The notes under the pieces were generated by a model. It ran no database searches. It saw nothing but the letters and a program-made list of their open reading frames with translations, and had not been told where the DNA came from. Positions 35,305 to 43,980 of a stretch of DNA of 64,000 nucleotides are shown here, piece by piece. The DNA is from Candidatus Limnocylindrales bacterium (GTDB taxonomy: Bacteria > Chloroflexota > Limnocylindria > Limnocylindrales > CSP1-4), in assembly GCA_050014975.1 (NCBI GenBank), contig JBEKCH010000004.1, positions 9,505 to 73,504 on the forward strand, in the 5' to 3' direction. Position 1 is the first letter of the stretch, and each line of letters begins with the position of its first letter. The position numbers were made by a program, and so were the translations under genes.

Positions 35305-36030
35305 CTACTGGCCGAAGCTGAGCCGGCGCGCCAGCCGGGGCGGCAAGCCGGCGTCCAGCATGGCCTTCTGCGTGCCGTCGATGTCGTAGCTCACGCGCTC
35401 CCAGCGGGCGTGGCCGGCCGCCGTGTCGAGGACCATGTAGCTCGCCGCGGGATCGCCGTCTCGGGGCTGGCCGACGCTGCCGGGGTTCAGGAAGGCGCGC
35501 CGCCCGTCGAGCTCGTGGCGGCTGCACGGCCCCTTCAGCAGCCGCTCCATGTGGCGGCCCTGGCACAGGACCATTGGGACGTGGCTGTGGCCGATGAGGC
35601 AATACGGCGTCTCGAAAGCGGCCAGGTTCTCAGCCGCCTCCTGGGTGTAGACCAGGTACTCCCAGATCGGATCACGCGGGCTCCCGTGCACCAGCGTGAA
35701 GTCAAGGCCGGCCGGCACGAGCACCTCGGGCAGGGCTGCGAGGTAACGGCGCGTCTCGTCGCTAATGCGAGCGCGGGTCCACTCCAGGGCGAGGCGGGCA
35801 TCGACGTTGAAGTCCTCGACGGCGAGGTCGCCGAGGGCGGCAGCGTCGTGGTTGCCCCTGACTCCAATGGCGCCGGCCTCACTCAGGCGCGCGACCACCG
35901 CGTCGGGATCCGGCCCGTAGCCGACCACGTCGCCGAGCTGCCAGATGGCGTCCACGGAGCCGATCGAGGCGAGAACGGCCTCCAGGGCCCGCAGGTTGGA
36001 GTGGACGTCGGAGATGACCGCGATGCGCAT
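35305..36030 (-). CDS. Metallophosphoesterase (YfcE/MJ0936-like phosphodiesterase)
   Basis: MRIAVISDVHSN, LGDVVGYGPDP, RGNHD, GHSH, NPGSVGQPRDGD motifs. Confidence 0.8.
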   Translation of the reverse strand: MRIAVISDVHSNLRALEAVLASIGSVDAIWQLGDVVGYGPDPDAVVARLSEAGAIGVRGNHDAAALGDLAVEDFNVDARLALEWTRARISDETRRYLAALPEVLVPAGLDFTLVHGSPRDPIWEYLVYTQEAAENLAAFETPYCLIGHSHVPMVLCQGRHMERLLKGPCSRHELDGRRAFLNPGSVGQPRDGDPAASYMVLDTAAGHARWERVSYDIDGTQKAMLDAGLPPRLARRLSFGQ

Positions 36031-36040
36031 CGTCGTTGCC

Positions 36041-36973
36041 TCAGAGGGGCCGGCGCCAGAGCGGCCGGCGCCGCCGGGCTGCCGCGCCGCGTGGAAACTC
36101 CGGCGGCGTAGGGGCCACCTTCTCGACGACCGCCAGAACGTGGTCCGCCAGCCCCGGCACGGTCACCGCCTCGCAGGCCACCACGCGGCCACCGAGCTGT
36201 CGTACCGCCCTCTCCGCTGCTCGCAGCTCCTCGTCCAGGGGCAGCCGCTTCCAGGCCACGAGCAGCCCGCCCCGCGCCAGGAGCGGCAGAGCAAGCTCCG
36301 AGAGCTCCGTCAGATCCGCCACGGCTCTCGAGACCGCCGCCGGCCAGCGCCCTCGGTGGCGCGGATCGGCCGCCAGATCCTCTGCCCGTGCCGCCGCCAC
36401 CACCACGCGATCTGACACCCCGAGGGCCACGGCCGCGACCTCTAGGAAGCGGGCCTTCTTGGCCGTCGACTCCACCAGCAGCGCCCGGCGGGCCGGCAGC
36501 GCCAGGGCGAGGGGCAGCCCAGGGTAGCCGCCACCGCTCCCCAGGTCCACCAACTCGGTGATCCCCGCTCGCCTGAGCAACGGCATGGCGGCCAGGCTGT
36601 CCAGGACGTGCTCGCGGGCGATCCGGGCCGCCTCGCGGATGCCGCTCAGGTTGATCGCCTCGTTCCAGGCCAGGAGCAGGCGAACATGGTCGTCGATCGC
36701 GGCCCGAACCTCCGCCGGAAGACCTCCACCTTCGATCGAGCGCAAGCCCTCATCCAGCACCTGGCCGTATTCGCGCGGGAGCGGCGCAAGGCCCCAGACG
36801 CGCGTCGGGAGCGGTTCGCGGCCGGGAGTCGGAGCCGTTTCCGGATCACCGTCTCCCTGGACCGCGCCGCTCCCGGCGTCAACTCGTATCGCACCCGGCA
36901 GCCCCAGGTCTTCCCGCGCCTGTCCGGTCCTCGGTCGGGTTTCCCCAGACCCCTCGCGAACGCGGTTACCCAT
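36041..36973 (-). CDS. rsmG: 16S rRNA (guanine527-N7)-methyltransferase RsmG (GidB) with an N-terminal extension
   Basis: LLLAWNEAINLSGIR, HVLDSL, VDLGSGGGYPGLPLAL SAM motif, LVESTAKKARFL. The start is uncertain: ATG 36973 was chosen, and a later start is possible. Confidence 0.75.
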   Translation of the reverse strand: MGNRVREGSGETRPRTGQAREDLGLPGAIRVDAGSGAVQGDGDPETAPTPGREPLPTRVWGLAPLPREYGQVLDEGLRSIEGGGLPAEVRAAIDDHVRLLLAWNEAINLSGIREAARIAREHVLDSLAAMPLLRRAGITELVDLGSGGGYPGLPLALALPARRALLVESTAKKARFLEVAAVALGVSDRVVVAAARAEDLAADPRHRGRWPAAVSRAVADLTELSELALPLLARGGLLVAWKRLPLDEELRAAERAVRQLGGRVVACEAVTVPGLADHVLAVVEKVAPTPPEFPRGAAARRRRPLWRRPL

Positions 36974-37200
36974 TGGCGGGCCGCAGCAGCGGTGCGGAGG
37001 TCGGACGGTAGGCGAGGAGTGGCGCGGCGTCAACGCGCTTTTCCACCAAACCGAGCCAGTCATCCACTTTCGTGGATAAGTGGCCGGCCGGACCGGGCGC
37101 CGTGGACGAAATGCCTCGGCCGGCGAGCGGTCCCTTCGGCCGGCTTCGAGACCCGCCTACAAGCCCGTCGCGAGGCGCCTCAGCGGCACCCCGAGCCCCC

Positions 37201-37668
37201 TCAGACGCGCGGTCGAACGGGCTTGCCGAGCGTCCGGCGGACGACATCGAGCACCTCCTCGATGTATCGATCGGCGTCCCCCTGTTCGGCGGCGGTCTTG
37301 ACGCAGCCCTGGACGTGGTCCTCCAGAATCAGCAGCGCAACGGAGTCGACGGCCGCGCGCAGGGCCGCCGTCTGCTGCAGGATGTCGACGCAGTACTCGC
37401 GGCGCTCGATCATCCGCTCGATGCCCCGAACCTGACCTTCGATGCGGCGCAGGCGCCGGATCAACGTCGCCTGGTCGCGCGTGTACGCATGTCGAAAGGT
37501 GCTCTCCAGTTCGCCGGCGTCCGCCGTCCCAAGCGAGATCTCGGCGATGCCAGGGGTGCCCGGCCCCACGCCGATCGACCCTGCCGCGGGCGCTTCGGGC
37601 GCGCCTCCCAGATCGCTCCGCTGGACCGGTCGGGAACCGCCCAACTTCTCGATTTCGTCTGTCGCCAT
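37201..37668 (-). CDS. csoR: CsoR/RcnR-family metal-sensing repressor (C-H-C ligand pattern, copper type) with an N-terminal extension of about 60 aa
   Basis: LIRRLRRIEGQVRGIERMIERREYCVDILQQTAALRAAVDSVALLILEDHVQGC contains the Cys...His-x3-Cys ligand set. SD gggagga upstream of ATG 37668. Confidence 0.8.
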   Translation of the reverse strand: MATDEIEKLGGSRPVQRSDLGGAPEAPAAGSIGVGPGTPGIAEISLGTADAGELESTFRHAYTRDQATLIRRLRRIEGQVRGIERMIERREYCVDILQQTAALRAAVDSVALLILEDHVQGCVKTAAEQGDADRYIEEVLDVVRRTLGKPVRPRV

Positions 37669-37688
37669 CGGTCCTCCCGGGCTAGATC

Positions 37689-37705
37689 ATACCCCCGGGG
37701 AGTAT
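37689..37705. promoter_or_regulatory. CsoR/RcnR-type operator candidate (G/C tract flanked by an AT-rich inverted repeat)
   Basis: ATAC-CCCCGGGG-AGTAT lies 21 nt upstream of the csoR start, in the divergent intergenic region. It resembles the TACT-G6-N-AGTA / TACCC-N-GGGTA class of operators. Confidence 0.4.
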
Positions 37706-37767
37706 CTGCGACAAAACGGTCGCCTCTCGACGCGGCCGACGAACCGCCGCTCGGATAGACTTGTGAG

Positions 37768-38187
37768 GTGGATCCGCGAGAGCGATTGCGCATGGCTCTG
37801 CTCGGCGCCGGTTGTACGAAATGCGGCCAACCGTATGGCCCAAGCGGCATCAGGGTGCTCGCGCAACGCGAGGATGTGGCTTTCGTCCAGCTCGTCTGCT
37901 TCACCTGCCAGACGCAGACGCTGGCCCTGGTGACGGGTGGACTCGCCGCAGCCGGCAGTTCGCCCGAGCAAAGCGAGAGTGTGGCGGGCAGTTCGCCGGC
38001 GCGCCGCCGCAAGGGTAAGATCGAGGTCTCACGCGGCGCCGCCACCCCCATCAGCGAGGCGGACGTCGTTGCGATGCGATTCTTCCTGGACGGGTACCAG
38101 GGCGACCTCCGAGGCCTGCTCGGCACCGAGCGGGACATGGAAGGGTCCGGTGGCGACGCCGACAGCGAGACGGGCCGGCCCGGATGA
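37768..38187 (+). CDS. Hypothetical zinc-ribbon protein
   Basis: CTKCGQPY...CFTCQTQT four-Cys pattern, then a low-complexity linker and a short conserved-looking segment PISEADVVAMRFFLDGYQGDLRGLL. GTG at 37768 (an ATG at 37792 is also possible). The stop overlaps the next ATG (ATGA). Confidence 0.45.
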   Translation: MDPRERLRMALLGAGCTKCGQPYGPSGIRVLAQREDVAFVQLVCFTCQTQTLALVTGGLAAAGSSPEQSESVAGSSPARRRKGKIEVSRGAATPISEADVVAMRFFLDGYQGDLRGLLGTERDMEGSGGDADSETGRPG

Positions 38188-38777
38188 GCGGAACCGATCT
38201 GCCCCGCGACGCCCGCGCCGCATACTCGTTCGCCCACGCCAGCGAGGCCGAATTCGCCCGCATCCTCGACTTCTACCAGGTCGCCTGGGAGTACGAGCCG
38301 CAGGTCTTCCCGATTCTGTGGGATCTCGACGGCAACGTCCTGGAGAGCTTCGCCCCGGACTTCTACCTGCCCGATCTGGAGCTCTTCATCGAGCTCACCA
38401 CTCTGCAGCAGCGGTTGGTCCGCAAGAAGAACCGCAAGGTCCGGCGCCTGCGCGAGCTCTATCCGAACCTGCGGATCAAGCTCTTCTACGCTCGCGACTT
38501 CCGTGCGCTCATGCTCAAGTACGGACGCTCGGCGCTGGTCTCCGAGCTGAGCGGAACGCTCGGTCAGGTCGGCCCGCGGCCCGCAGCGGAGTCCGACGCC
38601 CAGGCCGGGGGGACTGCCGGGCACGACACACTTCGCCTCGAGCCGCTCGAGCTGTCGTCGTCGACGGCCGCCGGAGACCCTGTCATGCGGACCTCACGCG
38701 CTCGCCGCGCCCGCGACGCACGCCGTCGCGCCGTGCGTCGGGCCGCCGCGTCGGCTCCCAGCTCGCCTATCACGTGA
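38184..38777 (+). CDS. Hypothetical protein, possible PD-(D/E)xK-fold core, Arg-rich tail
   Basis: FAPDFYLPDLELFIELTTLQQRLVRKKNRK has D...E-x-(T/K)-like spacing reminiscent of restriction-endonuclease-fold proteins. This is a weak, motif-only inference. Confidence 0.45.
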   Translation: MSGTDLPRDARAAYSFAHASEAEFARILDFYQVAWEYEPQVFPILWDLDGNVLESFAPDFYLPDLELFIELTTLQQRLVRKKNRKVRRLRELYPNLRIKLFYARDFRALMLKYGRSALVSELSGTLGQVGPRPAAESDAQAGGTAGHDTLRLEPLELSSSTAAGDPVMRTSRARRARDARRRAVRRAAASAPSSPIT

Positions 38778-38791
38778 AGTAAGGGGCAGCC

Positions 38792-39352
38792 ATGAAGCAC
38801 TCCCAGGATCTGAAAGCTGATGTCGCCGAGATCCTGCTTTCGGAAGAGCAGATTCGGGCCAAGGTGGCCGAGCTGGGCAGGCGCATCAGTGCCGACTACG
38901 CCGGCCGCGAACTGACGCTGGTCAGCGTCCTGAAGGGTTCGCTTCCGTTCATGGCCGACCTGATGCGCCAGATCGATCTCCCGCTGCGCATCGACCTGAT
39001 GGAGGTTTCGAGCTATGGCGGGACCTCGACCGAATCGTCGGGCCTGGTGCGTATCCTCAAGGACTTGAGCTCACCGATCGATGGTCGTGATGTGCTCCTC
39101 GTCGAAGACATCATCGACACCGGCCTGACGCTCAACTACTTGCTTCGGTATCTCCGGGGCAAGAACCCGCAGTCGATCAAGGTGTGCGCGCTTCTCGACA
39201 AACCGGCCCGGCGCCTGGTGGACATCCCGATAGACTACGCGGGATTCCAGATCCCGGATGCCTTCGTCATCGGTTACGGTCTCGACTTCGGCGAGGTATA
39301 CCGGAATTTGCGCTTCGTGGGCGTGCTGCGCCCCGAGGCCTACGAGTCCTAG
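38792..39352 (+). CDS. hpt: Hypoxanthine phosphoribosyltransferase
   Basis: VSVLKGSLPFMADL, PRPP-binding loop VLLVEDIIDTGLTL, KVCALLDKP, GFQIPDAFVIGYGLDF. Confidence 0.9.
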   Translation: MKHSQDLKADVAEILLSEEQIRAKVAELGRRISADYAGRELTLVSVLKGSLPFMADLMRQIDLPLRIDLMEVSSYGGTSTESSGLVRILKDLSSPIDGRDVLLVEDIIDTGLTLNYLLRYLRGKNPQSIKVCALLDKPARRLVDIPIDYAGFQIPDAFVIGYGLDFGEVYRNLRFVGVLRPEAYES

Positions 39353-39361
39353 GGGGCCGCA

Positions 39362-39808
39362 ATGCATCACAGTCCCATCCAGCGAGGTCGCTGGATCGTC
39401 ACCGTCGGCGCCATGATCCTCGTCGTGGCCTGCATGCTGCAGTGGTGGCAGCTGGGCGGCGGGCCCGGGGAGCTTGCCGCCCGGAGCGACATCGGCGTCA
39501 CTGACGGATGGGGGTTTCTGTTGTTCCTGGCCGCCGTCGCGACGCTGTTGCTGATCACGCTGCCATATGCGGCGGAATCGCCAATCGCGATCGACAAGCC
39601 CATCTCGTATCTGGTGCTGCTCTGCGTCGCGCTCGCGGCCTACGTCCTGCGCATTGTCGCGATGCTTCAGGCAGGGCTGCTGCTCTACACCGGCCAGACG
39701 CCGCCGATTCAGCCGCTGCGCGGTCCGGGCTTCTGGCTGGCCGCCCTGGGCCTGATCGTCTTCGCCCGCGGCGTCTTCGAGCTGTGGGAGGCCCGCCGCC
39801 GCTTCTAG
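39362..39808 (+). CDS. Hypothetical membrane protein (4 predicted TM helices)
   Basis: Hydrophobic segments VTVGAMILVVACML, FLLFLAAVATLLLITL, YLVLLCVALAAYVLRIVAML, FWLAALGLIVFARGVF. It starts 9 nt after the hpt stop. Confidence 0.5.
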   Translation: MHHSPIQRGRWIVTVGAMILVVACMLQWWQLGGGPGELAARSDIGVTDGWGFLLFLAAVATLLLITLPYAAESPIAIDKPISYLVLLCVALAAYVLRIVAMLQAGLLLYTGQTPPIQPLRGPGFWLAALGLIVFARGVFELWEARRRF

Positions 39809-39967
39809 GCCCGGGCTCGGATCGCAACCCGCACAGACTCGAGGGCGCGTTCGGCCGATAGGCGTATAGTAGGGAACGGCGAGCCGGACGCATGAGCGCG
39901 GCCGCCGACCCACCTGGCGTGGCTGTCGAGCCCGAAAGACGCTCGCCACCCGAGGGTTTCGCACGAA

Positions 39968-40513
39968 ATGCGCGCGGACGCCGGCCGGCGAGGCCCAAGC
40001 GGCCGCTTCGTCAGTGCGATCGCCCATCTCGACGCGAGGTTCGGCATTCGAGTGGATTACCTGGTCAGGCAGGCCCGCATCACCGATGTCGATCGGTTGT
40101 ATGCGCTATGCGTAGAGATGGGATCGGCGCCCGGCGCCGGCACTCCGTTGGACGCGATAGGCCTGCTGCGCCAGCTCGTCTACATGCCGAATGCGAGCGT
40201 CGTGGTAGCCGAGGCGGGTCGTCAGATAGCCGGCGGTGCAGTGCTCGGCCTGAGGCCATCGGTCCGGGCCGGTGGGTTCGTCGGCACGGTTGACGTGCTG
40301 GTCGTGGCCCCGGGGCACAGCGCCGAAAAAGTCACCGATGGGCTGATCGAGGAGATCATGACCTCGGCGCGAAGAAAGGGCTGCACCACAGTCGAAATCG
40401 CCGTGTCAGATGACGCCACGCTGCGAGCGTGCTTGATCCGGCATGGCTTCGCTCCGGACGCGGCCAACATCTATCGAGCGGAAGTTCCGGTCAGGGCGCC
40501 GGTAACCCGCTAG
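39968..40513 (+). CDS. GNAT-like acetyltransferase with a degenerate CoA motif
   Basis: The beta-strand/helix pattern ASVVVAEAGRQIAGGAVLGL...GTVDVLVVAPGHSAEKVTDGLIEEIMTSARRKGCTTVEIAV...GF fits the GNAT core, but the R/Q-x-x-G-x-G/A motif is not canonical. The start is uncertain. Confidence 0.5.
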   Translation: MRADAGRRGPSGRFVSAIAHLDARFGIRVDYLVRQARITDVDRLYALCVEMGSAPGAGTPLDAIGLLRQLVYMPNASVVVAEAGRQIAGGAVLGLRPSVRAGGFVGTVDVLVVAPGHSAEKVTDGLIEEIMTSARRKGCTTVEIAVSDDATLRACLIRHGFAPDAANIYRAEVPVRAPVTR

Positions 40514-40608
40514 CAATACCGTCGCGGCCGAGCTGCCAGGGAGCGCCGGCGCCACGGGTCCAGGGCCACGGCGAGGGCCGTCGAGCCCGTCATATCAAGG
40601 AGTCTCTA

Positions 40609-42384
40609 GTGAGTAAGAACGTCGCCGTCTTCGTTGACGTGGCGAACATCTTCTATGCCGCGAAAGCGGCGGGCGCGGACATCGATTACGTCACGCTGCT
40701 CAAAGCCGCGGTCGCCGGACGCGATTTCGTCCGTGCGTACGCCTATACGGGTCTCGATCCCGAAAACGAGAACCAGCGCAACTTCCACAGCTTCCTTGGC
40801 CGACACGGCTACAAGGTCGTGAGCAAGGACATCCGCAAGTACGGCGACGGGAAGGTCAAGGCGAATCTCGACATCGAGCTCGTCGTCGACATGATGAAGA
40901 CGGCCCGTAACCTCGACGTCGCTATCGTGGTCAGCGGCGACGGCGACTTCGCCCCGGCGATTCGGGCGGTCCAGGAGATGGGAGTTCGCGTCGAGGTCAT
41001 CAGCTTCCGCGGCAACACCAGTTCCGACCTGATCGACGTCGCCGACGCCTTCTTCGACATCACGCAGCTCGCCCGGGTAGATCGCGACTCGTCGCGCTCC
41101 GGCCGGCGGGTGCCGGGTGACGAAGAAGACCTCTCCATGACGGAGGTTCCCGACAAGCAGACCGAGGGTCGCGGTGGCCGGCGCGGACGCGGCGGCAGGC
41201 GGATCGGATCGCGCGACGCTGAGGCAGCCCCGGCTGCCGGTGGCGAGCGCGGCGGTCGCGGCCGCGGCGCTGGCGGTGGCCCCGCCCGGATCGTGGCACT
41301 GCCCGGCGAGAAGCTCTCGCGGGCGCAGGCCGCCGACGGCGGCTCCCCGGCCGGCGAGGAGCCTGGCGAGGAGCCTCGCGAGGATGTGGGCGAGGAGCGC
41401 GAAGAGGCGCGCGAAGTCGAGACCGTCGAGGGTCAAGCGACGGAGGGCGGCAGGCGCCGCCGGCGCCGCGGCGGCAGAGGTCGCGGTCACGGCGGTCGAG
41501 GCCACGAAGACATGATCCCGAAGGGCGAGGAAGGCCCAGGAGAAGCCGAGGAGGGCGAGGCCGGCCCGGCCACGCCCGCGAACCACCCCAACCAGTTCGG
41601 GTCCATCTGGGACTCCCAGATCGGGATGGCCGGCCGGCCCGAACGCCTGGCGCCGATCTCATCCTCGGACGAAGAGGACTACGCCGAGCCGGAGATCCCC
41701 GAGTACCTGCTGGCCGAGCGCCGGCGAGGCGGTCGGGGCCAGGGCCGGGGTGGACAGGGCGGCGGCCGGGGCGTTCGGAGCGCCTACGCCTCCGCCGTGG
41801 AGCGCGAGCGGTTCGGTCGGTCTTCGTTGCGTTATCCGGAGCCGGCTCGCCAGCCGCAGCCCCAGCGCCGCCGCGACGAGCGCCCGCAGCGGCAGCCGCA
41901 GCCCCAAGTGCACCGCGGAGGTGCAGCGCCACGCGGTGGAGGTCGCGATTCGGCCGAGCCGTGGAGCGAAGTTCCTCCGGAACTCGAGGAGCTGTTGCGA
42001 GCCCAGCTTTCGACGAAGCTGAGCCGCCAGGCCGAGGGCCCAGCCGAGGCTTCGTCCCAGCCCGCCGGCCCCGCCGGCGAGGAGGCCGCGCCCAGGGAAC
42101 CCGCCCGACGGGGCGCGCGCCGCAAGGCTGAGGCCACTCCGGTCGAAGGCCCCAGCGTCGGCGCCGAAGCCGGCGCGAGCGCCGAGGCCCCAGCCCCCGC
42201 TCAGCCGGCCAGCCGCGGCCGGCGCAAGCCCGCTGCCAAGGAGGCCGCCGGAGAGGCCCCAGCTGCCGCCCCGGCCGCCGGCGACGCTGAAGCCGCGCCC
42301 AAGCGACGCGCTCCGGCCCGCCGAAAGGCGTCCGCAGCCGAAGGCGAGCCGGCCGCGAGCACCGGCGAGCCGGCCGGCGAATAG
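40609..42384 (+). CDS. NYN / LabA-like (DUF88) nuclease-domain protein with an RGG/acidic disordered tail of about 430 aa
   Basis: VAVFVDVANIFYAAK, NLDIELVVDMM, AIVVSGDGDFAPAIRAVQEMGVRVEVISF are NYN/LabA acidic-residue motifs. GTG 40609 lies 9 nt after aaggag. The rest is RGG, RRRR and E/P/A-rich low complexity. Confidence 0.75.
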   Translation: MSKNVAVFVDVANIFYAAKAAGADIDYVTLLKAAVAGRDFVRAYAYTGLDPENENQRNFHSFLGRHGYKVVSKDIRKYGDGKVKANLDIELVVDMMKTARNLDVAIVVSGDGDFAPAIRAVQEMGVRVEVISFRGNTSSDLIDVADAFFDITQLARVDRDSSRSGRRVPGDEEDLSMTEVPDKQTEGRGGRRGRGGRRIGSRDAEAAPAAGGERGGRGRGAGGGPARIVALPGEKLSRAQAADGGSPAGEEPGEEPREDVGEEREEAREVETVEGQATEGGRRRRRRGGRGRGHGGRGHEDMIPKGEEGPGEAEEGEAGPATPANHPNQFGSIWDSQIGMAGRPERLAPISSSDEEDYAEPEIPEYLLAERRRGGRGQGRGGQGGGRGVRSAYASAVERERFGRSSLRYPEPARQPQPQRRRDERPQRQPQPQVHRGGAAPRGGGRDSAEPWSEVPPELEELLRAQLSTKLSRQAEGPAEASSQPAGPAGEEAAPREPARRGARRKAEATPVEGPSVGAEAGASAEAPAPAQPASRGRRKPAAKEAAGEAPAAAPAAGDAEAAPKRRAPARRKASAAEGEPAASTGEPAGE

Positions 42385-42422
42385 CCGCTCCGACGCCCCG
42401 GGCTCGCTCAGGCCCGCCGCCC

Positions 42423-43646
42423 ATGGAAAACGCCGCGACGCGCGGCCAGCGAGGCGCCCTGGCCGCGATCGCCGCCATGGTGAGTGGCTCCGTGCCGCAC
42501 GCCGTCCTGCTCGTCGGGCCGGCCTCAAGCGGCAAGACCACCCTCGCCCTGGACCTCGCGGCCGGGCTCCTGTGCTCGCACCCGGATCGTGGCGCGCGGC
42601 CGTGCCGTCAGTGCCGGGGTTGCAGGCTCGTGGCCTCGGGCAATCACCCGGACCTGCACCGACTGGCGCCTGCAGGCCCGGGCCTGCAGGTCCGCATCGG
42701 CGGGGCCACGGATCCGGAGCCGGGCACGGTCCGCCACCTGATCGGCGAACTGGCGCTCCTTCCGCTCGAGGGCGGCGCACGGATCGCCATCGTTGAAGCG
42801 GCCCATCGCATGAACGAGGACTCGCAGAACGCGCTCCTCAAGATGCTCGAGGAGCCGCCGCCTGGAGTGACGATCGTTCTCTGCGCCGACGATGAGGAAT
42901 GCCTGTTGCCGACGGTCCGATCGCGCTGCGTCCGCGTGCGCCTTGGTCCGGTCGCGGGACGTGATATCGAACGCTGGCTGGGCGAGCTCGGCGCCGCCGA
43001 CGCGCACTCGGCAGCCCGGTTCGCTCGACTGGCCGCGGGCTGTCCGGGCCTGGCCCTTGCCTACGCCCGCGCCCCGGACGCGGCCCGGCTGCGCGGCGAG
43101 ATATCGCGGGGCCTGCTGGACATGCTGCTGGCGGGTCGGCACGAGCGACTCACCTCGGTGCGCGCCCTCACGGCGTCGGCGGCGGCGCTCGAGGCGGCCC
43201 TGAACGAAGGGCGGGACAGGGCCAGCGCCACAGGCGAGGCAGTGGGTGGGGCGAACGCTCGCGCTCGAACGCCGCGGCGCAAGGCCGCGGCCGCGACCGG
43301 GCCGAAGGACGAAGGGGCCGAAGGCGAGCCTGACGAGGGCGCCGAATCGGTCGCGCCGAAGGTCTCCGCCACCGACCGCCGGGCGGCCGCCTCGGCGCTG
43401 ATCGGCATCTGGGCCTCCGTCGCCCGCGACCTCGCGGTCGCGGGCCTGGGCGGCCGTCGCGCGCTCCACGACCCCGAACTGCTGGACGAGCTCGCCGCCG
43501 TCGCCCCCACCCTCCCTGCAGGCTCTTTGCCCGCCTTCCTGACCCGCCTCGCCGAGATCGAGTCCGCGGTGGACCAGAACGTCAATCCGGAGCTCGCCCT
43601 CGACGTGCTGGCCGTGGCCTGGCCTCGATCGGGCCGCGCCGCATGA
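42423..43646 (+). CDS. holB: DNA polymerase III delta' subunit
   Basis: HAVLLVGPASSGKTTLA, zinc module CSHPDRGARPCRQCRGCRLVASGNHPDL, NALLKMLEEPP, SRC sensor motif (TVRSRCVRV). Confidence 0.8.
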   Translation: MENAATRGQRGALAAIAAMVSGSVPHAVLLVGPASSGKTTLALDLAAGLLCSHPDRGARPCRQCRGCRLVASGNHPDLHRLAPAGPGLQVRIGGATDPEPGTVRHLIGELALLPLEGGARIAIVEAAHRMNEDSQNALLKMLEEPPPGVTIVLCADDEECLLPTVRSRCVRVRLGPVAGRDIERWLGELGAADAHSAARFARLAAGCPGLALAYARAPDAARLRGEISRGLLDMLLAGRHERLTSVRALTASAAALEAALNEGRDRASATGEAVGGANARARTPRRKAAAATGPKDEGAEGEPDEGAESVAPKVSATDRRAAASALIGIWASVARDLAVAGLGGRRALHDPELLDELAAVAPTLPAGSLPAFLTRLAEIESAVDQNVNPELALDVLAVAWPRSGRAA

Positions 43647-43653
43647 CGCTCCG

Positions 43654-43962
43654 ATGAGCAAGCCGGGCGACCTGGCGCGCCTGGAGGCGGTCGTTCGAGG
43701 CCGAGTCCAGGGTGTGGGCTTTCGCTATTTCGTCACCGTGCGGGCGATGCGGATGGGACTGACCGGCTTCGTCGCCAACGACCAGGACGGCAGCGTCCGC
43801 GTCGTGGTCGAGGGTCCGCGCGTGGACCTCGAGGATCTGCTCGACGCCCTCCAGGAAGGTCCCGCCTCAGCGATCGTCGAGCGCGTCGACGAGGACTGGC
43901 TGCCGTATACCGGCCGCTGGGCCGCCTTCGGCATCGAATCCCGCGGACATCGCGGCGACTGA
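43654..43962 (+). CDS. acyP: Acylphosphatase
   Basis: VRGRVQGVGFRYF signature and GFVANDQDGSVRVVVEG. Confidence 0.85.
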   Translation: MSKPGDLARLEAVVRGRVQGVGFRYFVTVRAMRMGLTGFVANDQDGSVRVVVEGPRVDLEDLLDALQEGPASAIVERVDEDWLPYTGRWAAFGIESRGHRGD

Positions 43963-43980
43963 CGCGACGGACCTCGCCGG

